From: Paragordius varius
Lineage: Eukaryota; Animalia; Nematomorpha
Length of the DNA stretch: 64,000 nucleotides
Assembly (NCBI GenBank): GCA_964247055.1
Contig: OZ176052.1
Coordinates: 11,842,001 to 11,906,000 of the forward strand
Direction: 5' to 3'
Shown: positions 15,550 through 26,963 of the stretch, piece by piece
How positions within the stretch are numbered: the stretch's first letter is position 1
Layout: each line of letters begins with the position of its first letter
Program-made: the position numbers and the translations under genes
The notes under the pieces: model-generated
The model's database searches: none
Told to the model about the DNA's origin: nothing
Seen by the model: the letters and a program-made list of their open reading frames with translations, nothing else

Positions 15550-17756
15550 TTACCAATTATAATTTTTATTCTTGCCACAATTAATAGTTATAAATTCTTG
15601 AGCTTGGTCTTTTATACGCGTTTTAAGATTGTTATTCATGTTTCGAAGATTTTTATACATAAAACCTATTCGACCACTTCCCGCAAGTAATTTTTCATGT
15701 TTCATAAAAAAGTTCCAATAAAGGAAGTTATAAGGACAAGCATATGGCGATTTTTTACCATACATTGTAGATTTTTCGTTTAGAGAAACATTCTCATTAT
15801 CGCTCTCCGTCTTTTCCAATTTTATGTGTTTAGTTGCATTAATTTTTGATTGTATAGAATTTTTGATCTTTCTCTTTGAGGATCCATCCGTGTCTGATAT
15901 AGGCTCCATTTTTTCACCTGTTTCCTCATCAACTTTCAATGAAACATTGTAGTAACAAGTTTTACAATAATCTGACATTTTATTAATATAACTCCCGGAT
16001 GAAACATAAGGCTTTGATGCTATAATTCCACCATCCGCGTATTGTGACATTCCCAAAGTATTTGGCATTTCGACCCAATCGTATGCATCAGCATAAACCG
16101 CTAAATACCATTCACAAACTTCGGATGGTTCAATTCCTAGCAGCAAACAAATATTCCCTGTAATCATAAGGCGCTGTATGTGATGAGCATACGCTATTTC
16201 ATACGTTTGTTTAAGTACCTATGAACAATGATAACAGTTCTAATTCACTCTCAAACAATTTCAAATTCACCCTTAAATAAATATTGTGTTTTTTAAGATT
16301 AAAAATTATCTTTATTTTTCAATTTTTTTAAAATATGAAATTCTGTTTAAAATTAATATAAGTCTGAAAAAATAATAAACTATGTAGCAAAAATTTATTT
16401 TATCTTAATGATGATTAGCCCGAAAACACATAACTTTTAGGGTGAATTTGAATTGTAAATGGAATATATAGCAAATTTTTAATTTAGGTTACCAAGTATT
16501 TATTTCTAAACGACGCATACCTGATTGACACAATTCATGCGACACACCACACCATTAGGTTTGGTTAAATCACCGATTTTGTAATGAGGTACAGGGAGCC
16601 AGAAATAAGCAGGTAAATGGTTATGAGTATCTAATGCATTCATGGAGGCATATTTTGGCATATGAGTCAGATAAATTAAGCGCATATATTCCCTCCATCC
16701 CAAAATTTGTCTTATGTAACCTTCAACGCTGTTTAATGATAATTTAGACTTGCAGCTTGCGTGATATGCCTTTTCGACCTGATAACAAACGTCTTTAGCA
16801 TTTAACAATCCGTTATTTAGGTACATCGATATAACGCTATGGAAAAGGTGATATTCATTAGTTTGCATAGCATCTTGATAGTCACCAAACGTAGATAATT
16901 TATTTGATAGAAATTCTCTAAAATGGTCCATGGCTTGAGTTTCCGTTACGGCATATTGAAAATGTGCCATCTTGGCAGATTTGTGATTCTCGTTATAAGC
17001 CAATCCATAGTAATTGGCGAAATATTTGTCGACGAGTTGAATTGATTGTTCCGTTATTTTGTCCGTTTTAAACGTATTATCATTTTTATACAACTTGGCA
17101 TCCGAAACTGTGATGTGATTCAAAGATTTTCTATTCATTTTATCGAAATTCCATTGATTTCCAATGGGATCTTTTCCGTTAGCTTGCATTAGAATTTTGT
17201 GTTGAACACGCATTTGACGGTAAAAATTTTCCATTCTAATGTGCTGTTTATGCGTAGATTTCCATGTTAAAAATTCATCGGGGTTACAAAAAAATCGATT
17301 ATCTTCTAACAACACTAATTCTGCAGTTTTATTAATACTTTCATGCCATTCCATGATATCCTCTAAGATATGGTATTCGTTTGGTTTCGTAACTACCAAT
17401 TGCTCAAAATTATATTTGGGATGTATAAATTTTTTCATAATATGTTTGAATGAATAATCCCCATAATTATGTTTTTTATTATCCATGTCATGATTAGCTT
17501 GCAAAACATTTTCCAAGTCTAGGTAAAGTGAATTATAAGTATTGTTTGAATTCAGATAGTTTTGATAAAAGTGTCGATAGCAACTTATTATATAAGCAAA
17601 TTTAAGTTTGTGATGCGGAGCATTGGAAAACCATTTGGGACATTCCATGCAAACAATCAAATCTGTGGATTTTTCATAATTTTGGAGGGCAGATATATCC
17701 TTGCACAATTGATCGTGTAAGAGTAAGACAATGGATCGCAATGTTTTAGGTGTCAT
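15550..17756 (-). CDS. phrB: Prokaryotic-type (6-4) photolyase/cryptochrome with 4Fe-4S cluster (FeS-BCP family, Agrobacterium PhrB / Rhodobacter CryB-like), 2 exons, about 634 aa
   Basis: Exon 1 17756-16521 and exon 2 16218-15550 are joined by a phase-0 GT-AG intron (CAG|GTATGC ... CATAG|GTA). Family motifs LLHDQL, HHKLK, RMENFYRQMR, WNFD, FGDYQDAM, HSVISMYLNNGLL, EGYIRQILGWREY, MNC, AYAHHIQRLMITGN, WYLAVYADAYDWVEMPNTLGMSQYADGG, SKPY, SDYCKTC and ACPYNFLYW match PhrB/CryB as recalled. Confidence 0.95.
16237..16468. mobile_element. TA-flanked MITE family A, copy inside the photolyase intron
   Basis: Ends resemble TTCAAATTCACCCT ... AGGGTGAATTTGAATTGTAAATGG, shared with the copies at about 24.0, 32.8 and 48.6 kb; left end decayed. 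Confidence 0.7.
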
Positions 17757-19239
17757 ACTAACATAATAAATAGAACATAGCCAATCACTGTATAATATCT
17801 ATATAAAAATATTTTTTAATCTAAATTTAAAGTTTGTACAAACATGAAGCAAATTAGTTTTTTTGATAAGAAAAAATATTTAACAACCATTAATTACTCA
17901 AAGAATATTTAAAAACCACTATAATAAAGAATCAAACTAAACAGAAAATAAAAAGTAATTTTAGGGAGAAAACTAATTACTCTAAAATTTAAAAAAGTGA
18001 TAACAGTTTAATATATATAAGCGAATTTGGATTTCCATCAATGATTGGTGATCAAAAGAATATACGGAATCCTTTTATAATTTTGATCTTGCCAATACAA
18101 GTGCCAAGTAGTGTTAATTCTAAACCAAGTTGAAGAGTAAACGATCGATTAAGACTAATTTATTTACATATCTAGCTCAGTATTTTCTTATTTTATTTAT
18201 TTTTACAATATAAAATCCATTTATGGTGCGTTTGTTCTTGTGCTGTTGCTTACTTCATTCGATTAATAAATCCTTATTTTTTGTATTAATTTTTAATTTT
18301 AAATAATTTTTCGAATGAGTTAAATTAAATGGGAAAAAAATAAAATATATTAAAAATAATACAAATTTCGCCCATACCAGTACTCCGTAATTCATAACAT
18401 TATTAAAAATCATCGTATTTTTTCTGAAGAAGCAAACTCCTTAGAACCAGCTTTTAAATAAAAATGCAAAGAGAGACGACGATTTCTCATTTATTTTAAA
18501 GTCTGTCGGTCGTTTTATGGTGCATATTATGGATTTCGAAGGATTATTTAAATATTAATAAATCTATACAATGCAAACATTTTGAAACTGTCTCAAATTA
18601 TGATTAAAGTGTGTATTAATTGTTTTACTATTTGTACTTTATGATCTTTATGCCAAATTGAGTAAAGAATACGGAGATTGCAATTAGATTTATTACATGT
18701 GATGCCTACAAAATTAATCTTTTTACGAGTTTGTTTAGCAGAAAAAAATATAATTTTCATTCCCAAATCCTGACTATTACCGATATCATAATATATTTTA
18801 TGAAATTTCTAAGACATCCTTCGCATCTTCTATATGGATGTTAGGCGCTCCATTTTAACAGCAACATCACTTAGAATGGAGGGAATGCATCCAAAGTCAT
18901 TTGTTATTTAATTTTTACGTCCAAATACGAGACGTTAAATTGATTCAAAATGTTTTAAATGAATTTTGCATAATCTTATAAATATCATCTACAAAACAAA
19001 TATCGGCATCAACCACTTTTCGGTTGAAAATGCGTAAAATAGGGGTGATGTATTGTTTAAAATGCATATAACATCGTATGGTAATCATACAATGATTTTG
19101 ATACTAAATTCTTATGTTATCCTCATCGCTCTGCGATTCGGGATGTTTAGTAAATCGATCGGAATTCATAAGCTTTAATCGAGTTTTTAGTTTAAAAAAA
19201 TGTAAATTCTAAAGGAAATCAATCAATTTTTATCTAAAC

Positions 19240-20085
19240 TTTTATCAACTGGCTTATACATATTTCGCCCATCTTTCAGGTAATTATGAATGCCGTGCCA
19301 GGAAAACTCATTGTCTTTTGCGGAAAACCACTCGTGAAGCCATCCAACGTCTTCGAATTTTGAACAGGGTCTCTTTTGATACAAGGTTAGTCAGATGGCG
19401 CCAGGTCAGGAGATTTCAGCGGGAATAATTTCCTATTGTGCGGAACATTGTCATGTAGCAAATGCTTTACCTTGTCCTTTGGCATATTCCGGTAATTTTC
19501 GATTCAGGCATGGTTTAAATTAATCATTTGTTGACCATGTGTTGTGTATAAACGGTTCCGGGTTTCAAAAATTCATAATACACTATCACTCCCAGCAGAC
19601 ACAGAAACAATGATGTTGATGGAGCGGCTTGCAAGGTGACTACAATTTTTCCGCTTTGGATTTACAAAATAACCAAATCTCACAATTGATTTCTTTTCGC
19701 TACTTTAAAACAGAAGTTCACCAGTTACTTTGCGATTTTCGATTAGACGTATTTTCAAATTGTGTGGGACCTATATACTGAGTTAATTGGTCTTTCCGTA
19801 GACCTCTATTGATTGTATGTGATATATGTAAAGCTTTTACCAATCATTGTTAATTTTTACCTGGGGCATCAATTAACTCTTGCATTTCAGCGTGTTCTCG
19901 GTTGTGTGTTCCACCGAGGTACCCACACTTTTTCACATATAACTGACATCATTCGCAAGAGTCAATTGATAGAATATGTTCACCATAGGTTTATGCCACA
20001 AATGATAACTTTTAATAGCTTTTTTTTCGCAATGCAAAGTATGATGCGGGGCAAATGTTCTGTTTCGGACAAATTAGACTAAATA
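19240..20085 (-). mobile_element. Decayed, internally deleted mariner (Mos1-like) transposase relic
   Basis: Minus-strand fragments with stops and frameshifts: TYGEHILSIDSCE (N-terminal HTH region), GVIVYYEFLKPG, LLHDNVPH, KSPDLAPSD, WLHEWFSAKDNEFSWHGIH. These follow the Mos1 motif order YYELLKPGETV / HDNAP / YSPDLAPSD / WFAAKDDEFYWRGIH. TIRs not resolved. Confidence 0.85.
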
Positions 20086-20451
20086 ATAATACGATAGTTT
20101 TTGGCAAAATTAACTTTATATGTTTGCCGTTAATGTCGGTTGAATAAAATGGGGTTTATATCAATTTAATCGTATGCGTATTCGTTGACGTCTCCACGTA
20201 AAACTTATGATTAGACCTAATTAGCTCCACAGAGTAACTAATCGTGTGTTAATAACGCTAGTAGTTTGGCAACAGTTTTCTATGATAATCTTATTGCTAA
20301 CAGTATATGGTAAATGCTAGCTATAAATTATTAATCAAAATTAGGACACTGGGCTTGATAGTTTTTTTAATATCGTTAAACATTTTAATATAGGAACAAT
20401 TATATTAATTTAATAGAATTCTTAGTCCCTAAAAAATTTACTACTAGAAAA

Positions 20452-20452
<1 letters not shown>

Positions 20453-20498
<46 letters not shown>
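20453..20498. repeat. (TA)n microsatellite
   Basis: Perfect TA dinucleotide run; similar runs at about 28070-28090, 47815-47872, 51451-51481 and 57296-57332. Confidence 0.9.
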
Positions 20499-20505
<7 letters not shown>

Positions 20506-20847
20506 TACAAATGATATTTAAGATCCATGATCAAAGGCATGAGATACTTAACACCGCTGTATGTAAATTAACTGATAAAAATATTAATCTCAATACTTGA
20601 GGTCGAATTCCAATTCCTTAAGCTCTCTAATCAAGAATATTTTTGACAATGAACAAACATGCAAATAAAAAATACATCTTAATTTGAAATTTTAAAAATA
20701 CATGGTTTAATGAATGTTAAATTATTAAAATGTAATATCATTAATTATTAAATTAAGTTATTGTCAAAATTTACATGTATATTGAAATTTTAATCATTCA
20801 TACCTTAATCTTATAGATAATTTAAGAGTTTAAATCCATTAAATTAA

Positions 20848-21999
20848 CACTTGGATACGACGCATACATTTTAGTCCTTCGATTCAAATTGGGGTAGTTA
20901 AATACCCCAGGCCTGTTTAAAATTAAAATTTTTAAAAAAATATGGAAGGAATCAAAATTATGGCAAAATTTTGCACTTACATAACATTAGTAAACGGAAA
21001 ATATTTTATTCAAAAATACTTGATATTCTTTATTTTAACACTTCGATTCAATTTGGGGTATCTAAATACCCCAGACTAAATTTGAGTTATGATTTTTTAA
21101 AAACTACTGAATTAAACGGTCCCAATTTAAATATATGCTTCTATCATAATAAAAATTATAAAAATATGCCAAAATATCTACATAAAATTTTGTTTTGTAA
21201 AAAAAGTTCCATGTCAAACTACTTCAACGCCATTTTATTTTGCAAAATTTTTGCAGAATAGCGTCTTCATTTAATTTTAAGGGTAGAATTGAAGCTAATT
21301 TTTTATTTAAATTACATCTAACATTGATAAAATAGAAAAAGCGGGTTATTTTGTAGTAATTTTCAACTTTACCATTGCACACATTTTACGTGGGCTAAAT
21401 TTTTACTTTTCGGTTTTAGCTTAAAATAAGTCGTATCAAGTATTTTTGAATAAATTTTTTTATAAATTTCGGTTTATTAATGTTATATAAGTGCAAAATT
21501 TTGCCATGGTTTTGATTCCTTCCATATTTTTTAACAAATTTAATTTTAAACACGCCTGGGGCATTTAAATACCCCAATTTGAATCGAAGGACTAAAATGA
21601 ATGTGTTGTATCCAAGTGTTAAGCTACAACCGAAAGGTAAAAATTTGGTCCACGTAACATGTGTGCAATGGTAAATTTGAAAAATAATACAAAATAAACC
21701 GCCTTTTCTATTTCTATCAATGTTAGATGTAATTTAAATTAAAAATTAGCTTTAATTTTTCGCTTAAAATTAAATGAAGACGATATTTTGCAAAAATTTT
21801 GTAAAATGAAAATGGCGTCAAAGTGGTTTGACATGGAACTTTTTTTTCAAAACAAAATTTTATTTAGATATTTTGGCATATTTATAATTTTATTAGGATA
21901 GAAGCATAAATTTAAATTGGGACCGTTTCCTTCGTTAGTTTTTTAGAAATCCTAACTCAAAGTCTGGGGTATTTAGATACCCCAATTTGAATCGAAGTG
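20848..21999. mobile_element. TTAA-flanked (piggyBac-type) MITE, outer copy, interrupted by an inverted copy of itself
   Basis: TTAA at 20844-47 and 22000-03; termini CACTTGGATAC... and ...GAATCGAAGTG; subterminal GGGGTATCTAAATACCCC-type palindromes. Confidence 0.8.
21039..21618. mobile_element. TTAA-flanked MITE, inner copy (580 bp) in opposite orientation
   Basis: TTAA at 21035-38 and 21619-22; its reverse complement matches the outer copy once the insertion is removed (junction CTTGATA...TATTTTAAGCTA.AACCG). Confidence 0.8.
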
Positions 22000-23605
22000 T
22001 TAAAAGTCTTAGAACAGTGGTATTCAGTTTAGCCGATGACCCACGTGAAGTTTGTGGTTACGATATGATTTACATGCGCAATAAATAATCAAAAATAATA
22101 TTATAAAGGCATTCCGATAAAAAATGAGGAAAAATACAAAATCCAAATAAAAAAGAAATATTAATCTGACATTTTTAATCATATAAAAAATATTTTAGAG
22201 ATCGAATGTTTTCATTTTTATGGAATGATAGAATATATAAAATGTATGTAGTACACCCACTCTGAAAGCGATTTATAACATGTTTTATGTAGTATGAGAT
22301 TTTTTATGGCAATACCTTAAATATTATATGGAATTTTTAAAAACACCATAACATTAAATTTTATATTATTAACTACATTTTACTGTACTCGAAATTCATT
22401 AAGTTTTATTCACTATAGGGAATATGTAGGTACACTCTATTAAATTCGTATAAGTATATAATTATATTATAATATATTCTGCGCGGGGGTATAACAAATA
22501 ATCCTGATAAAATATTTGTTATGAAAATGTATCAGGATTATCATGGTGTTACTCTAACATGTGATTTAAGAAGATATTTTAACTTTTGTGATATCAGAAA
22601 ATGGCAAATTTTACTCTTTTGTTAAATTTTTTTGTTGAAAGCTGAATGCATCATTCCAAAAATATAGCTCAAATATATTTAAAATAAACACAAATGCCGA
22701 GATTGCACGATAAAAAGTTATATACGCTTATTTTGACAGCACAAATATTTTTGTGAGATGTTCACCTATTTAAAATTTACTTTTTTAAAAATTTAATTTT
22801 TAGCAAAAAATTTTTGAAGCGTCATGCTATTTTGAGACATGGGAAACGGTAGAAAATCGCCATTAGATTTAACACTTTTCTATTTAATTTAATGATGAAC
22901 ATTTTTTCACAGATTGATTAAAATATTTAAAAATATTTGGGCTTTCGGAGCCCACATTAAAATTTTTATTAAATAAATTATCCTTTCATATGTATATGAT
23001 ATTTTTAGTGCAATTTATTATTTAGCTTTCAAAAATATTTTAATGTGCACAAATTTTGCCATTTTCTAATATAAAGTATTTCCACAAAAGAGTAAATACC
23101 CTTATAACTCGTAACCGCCTCCACCAAAAGCATGATAATCCATACATTTACTATCAGAATATATGTTTAATTTGAATACTCATTACTCAAAATCGAAAAA
23201 TAGAAAATTTATTAAAGTAATTTTTTTGGAAGCTAAACCATAAAATTATATTGTTTAATTTCTTGATATATAATATAAAATGATCATTATTAAAACAATA
23301 TAATTTTTAATATTAGTAGATTTTAAAAAAATCCAAATGGCCTTTTTATAATTTTTATAACATTTATGACACGGAATATTACGCTCTTTATTTGTAGGTA
23401 TTTAAGGTTTTTTTTATATACAAGGCGTTTTCTTGATAGTGAACGAGAAACCGTAAGTGTCTATAAATACAACATATCAAACAAATTTAACCTAGGATTT
23501 TTTTAAAGATTAAAAAAGGGGTAAAATGAAGATTTATGCCTCTAACCAATTTTTGGATAAATTTATTAGATAAAAATTTTATTTTGATTGTTAAAGTTAT
23601 AAATA

Positions 23606-23953
23606 ATGATTCTTATTTTATATCAATTGCTCCTTGCCGTAAATTTAGCTCATTTTGTGTATTCAAACAATCATACCTTAGCGTCTAAAACAGTTACTAA
23701 TAAAATGTACTCTAACATTCTCCAAAACACAAAATTAACCTTGAATCACAATGATCTACACTTGAAAAACAAATCTTTATTGGTAAAAGGTTATTATCAA
23801 AATATATTGTACATTGGTAAATCTGGAATAAACCCTATGCTACCAATCCTCATGACAGTTGCCACTATTTTTCTGTTTGTATTTGTAATATTAACTGTTA
23901 ATTTTGGGCGAAGATGGTCCAATAATCGTTACAATCGTGAAATATATACTTAA
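23606..23953 (+). CDS. Putative small single-pass membrane protein (signal peptide + TM), orphan, 115 aa
   Basis: ATG-started single-exon ORF; hydrophobic N-terminus MILILYQLLLAVNLAHFVYS, sequons NHT and NKS, TM LPILMTVATIFLFVFVILTVNFG followed by RRW; a TATAAA lies about 140 bp upstream. Confidence 0.45.
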   Translation: MILILYQLLLAVNLAHFVYSNNHTLASKTVTNKMYSNILQNTKLTLNHNDLHLKNKSLLVKGYYQNILYIGKSGINPMLPILMTVATIFLFVFVILTVNFGRRWSNNRYNREIYT

Positions 23954-23994
23954 TTTTTACAATATTAATGTATTTAAATAAAATGTGTGCTTAA

Positions 23995-24227
23995 TACACC
24001 ATTGACACTTCAAATTCACCCTTGAACAATTAAAATTCACCCTAAAATAAATTATATGTTTTTTAAAATAAAATGAAATTTCGTTTTAAATAATAAACTA
24101 AGGCATAAAGATATATTTCGTATTCATAGGTTATATTAGCCCGAAAACATAATATTTATTTTTAGAGTAAATATGAATTGTTCAAGGGTGAATTTGAATT
24201 CAAGGGATTTGAATTGTAAATGGTATA
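23995..24227. mobile_element. MITE family A copy
   Basis: Inverted ends TACACCATTGACACTTCAAATTCACCC ... GGGATTTGAATTGTAAATGGTATA with internal AATTCACCC repeats. Confidence 0.75.
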
Positions 24228-25160
24228 GAGAAACTATGTTATAAAATTAAAATTTTACCCGGTGTGAAAAACTTAGCAATAAAATTTTTTAGGTATATAC
24301 TAAAATAAAGCATTTTGGTTATTGTTATCATATTATAAAAAACTGGTGGGAGGACAAAAATTTTTGAAGCAACCATTATAATTGTATTAAATACAATAAA
24401 ATGGCCTTTTTCATTTAAATTAATTATGAGCTTTCACGAGATCACAGCTTCCTCAGCAATGTTTGAATTTCATTTAAAAAGTGATTAATTATAATTAAAC
24501 AACAATTTTCACTACCAAAAAAATGTAACAGAAAATTTACCATCTTTAAAGGTATTTTATGTAACACTTACAGGGTATTTACATTGAATAATTAAAATGC
24601 TAAAAAATAAAGAATTATGGAAATGTGTGGTTTATTAGGTTTATAAATTTTTGACCTAATTATTTATTTTTCCCCTAAAAAATATAAAAAATAGAAAACT
24701 GTCAACAAATAAAGCCAATCTCCCGTCAAGAAGCTATGTTTAAATTTATTGTGATTAATTATATTTTTGTTTATTTTGTGGACCTTTTCACGCTTAAAAT
24801 TTAATAAAACTTTTTCCAGAGGTAAACACAAAGTACAGCTTCAAGGGCAATAAAAAAATATTCAAAAATGTCGGATGGTAAGCTACTTCTTATAAAAACT
24901 CATACTTTCCCTAAATTAACTACGATGATGTTCATGAGATTTAAAAAATAAACTAAATCAAATTAACTTTCTCTTTAGGGGCCAAATTTAATCAAAAATA
25001 TTAATTGCAAGCGGTCCCCTCTAAATCCATATTAATTAGAATCTTAACAATATGCTGTTCTTGTAAGCAAAGGCTGAAATATTTAATTATGTTTCCCTAT
25101 ATAAATTTAATAAATATGACATTAAGCACACAATTTATGTTTAATTAGATGGCCTATATA

Positions 25161-26963
25161 TAAGGTGACCGGTTATCCCATTTTTCCTACTCTGTCCCGC
25201 GTCCCGCTGCGTTTTTTAAATGTCACGCTTTTTCACGATTATATTAAAAAAAAATATTTTTAATACATTTAAATTTTTTATAAAAAAATAATTTTTTTAT
25301 CCGTTTAAATTTTTTATCATTAGTTATCTTTAAAATCTATATCAATTTTAAATTAATTTTTATTTTTAAATTAAAAATATTTATTTTTTTCGAATTTATA
25401 TCATATGATTATACACTTTGCTTCCTACTCCTGCTGCCAACATTATCAAAAAGACAAATTAAAATCGGTAGCTTATACGTTTACTCCAGAAAATTAAGGT
25501 AATATAATATTGTTTTATACTAATATTAGTTTAAAATTATGAGTACAAAAAGAGGTTGTAAATTCAACGATGAATTAATGAAAGAATTTACCTTTATCAA
25601 AAAAACGAAGAATGAATCATCTGTCAAATGTTCTTTATGCGAGGGGAATTCACCCTAGATGGCGGCAAGCATGATATTACAAAGCATATGGAAACACAGA
25701 AACATAAAAAATGTTTAGATATGGCGGCATCTTCTTACAAAATGAGCGATTTTTATCGAAAAACCGCTTTTGGAGAGGAAGAAAATGATTTGGCATTAGC
25801 CGAAGGCGTTTTATCTTTTCACGCCGTTAATCACAATCATTCCTTTAGATCTATGGATTGTACCTCACAGGTTATTCTTCCCTTATTCAATAAAAAATTT
25901 ACATATGCCCGTGTACAAAGGCTGAAGCCATTGTATGCAATGTCCTTTCGCCACATGCATTTTCTGAAATACAAAAAGATTTGCTGAAAACAATTTCATA
26001 TCGCTATACTCTGATGCATCAAATCACGAGGAAACAAAATTAATACCACTTTAATAAGATATTTTGTGATCCATAAACCGGAGTAAAAATTAAAATTTTA
26101 GATTTTATTTCTCTACTCGGTGAAAATTCCGATAATTTTTACTTCAATAATGAATATTCTAAAAATTTTAAAGACAAAATCATCGCATATTGCGTGACAA
26201 CACCAATACGAACTTCGGTAAAAAAGCAAGGAGGAGAACAATATTTTTATAAATTAGCAGATAATCTTAATAAAAATATTATTGGCGTTGGGTGTGCAGC
26301 GCATATAATACACAACGCTATTCAAACAGCTGCTGATTTGTTACCCCTAGATGTAGAAAATGTAGTTGTTAAAATATATTCCTATTTTTATATATACACG
26401 GTAAGCGTTGAAACGTTTAAGGAATTCTGTGAAAACGCAGAAGTTCAATATAAAAAAATACTCGGATAATGTAAAACTCGTTGGTTAGCTCTTCTGCCAG
26501 CTATCGAAAGAATTTTAAAAATGTATGATCCTTTAAAATCCTATTTTTTATCACAGGACAAATGTCCTACAACTTTGAAAAAGTTTTTTGAAATTTAAAT
26601 CTTTAAAAATACGGTTAGAGTTCCTTCACTGGGTAGAGAATGAGAGTGGGAAATAGTTTTGTGCATCAGAATATAGCGATGTGAAATTTATTTTATGCAA
26701 ATCTTTTCCATTTCAGAAAATGCATGTGGTGACAGGACGCATACAATCGCTTCATCCTTTGTTCGTGCACATGTAAATTTATTGAATCAGGTACGAATAA
26801 CCTGAGACCAAAGTAAAAAATATATTTTTATATTTATGATGTATTTATGTTAAAATAAATAAATATTACAGCAAATTTTTTGTATAAAATTTTTTGGTTG
26901 TACCTTCCTATGCCCCCCCCTTTATCAGATTTACCCGCTTCCTTCAAAAATCTGGTCACCCTA
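25161..26963 (+). mobile_element. hAT DNA transposon (Blackjack-like TIR), defective
   Basis: TIRs TAAGGTGACCGG / CTGGTCACCCTA; identical 8-bp TSD CCTATATA at 25153-60 and 26964-71; frameshifted transposase from ATG 25539 (BED-finger-like VKCSLCE...HMETQKH; GVGCAAHIIHNAIQTA; KTRWLALLPAIERILKMY) truncated near 26600. Confidence 0.9.

Noticed and set aside
15550-17756. Photolyase as bacterial contamination or a chimeric contig
   Set aside because: It has a canonical spliceosomal intron containing a host MITE, AT-rich codons like the host genes and seamless host-type flanks. Only read data can exclude this completely.
19813-20082. Plus-strand 89-aa ORF
   Set aside because: Antisense to the decayed mariner transposase.
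20848-22003. Recurrent GGGGTA..TAAATACCCC palindromes as a CRISPR-like array
   Set aside because: No regular repeat-spacer periodicity; fully explained by nested MITE ends in a eukaryotic genome.
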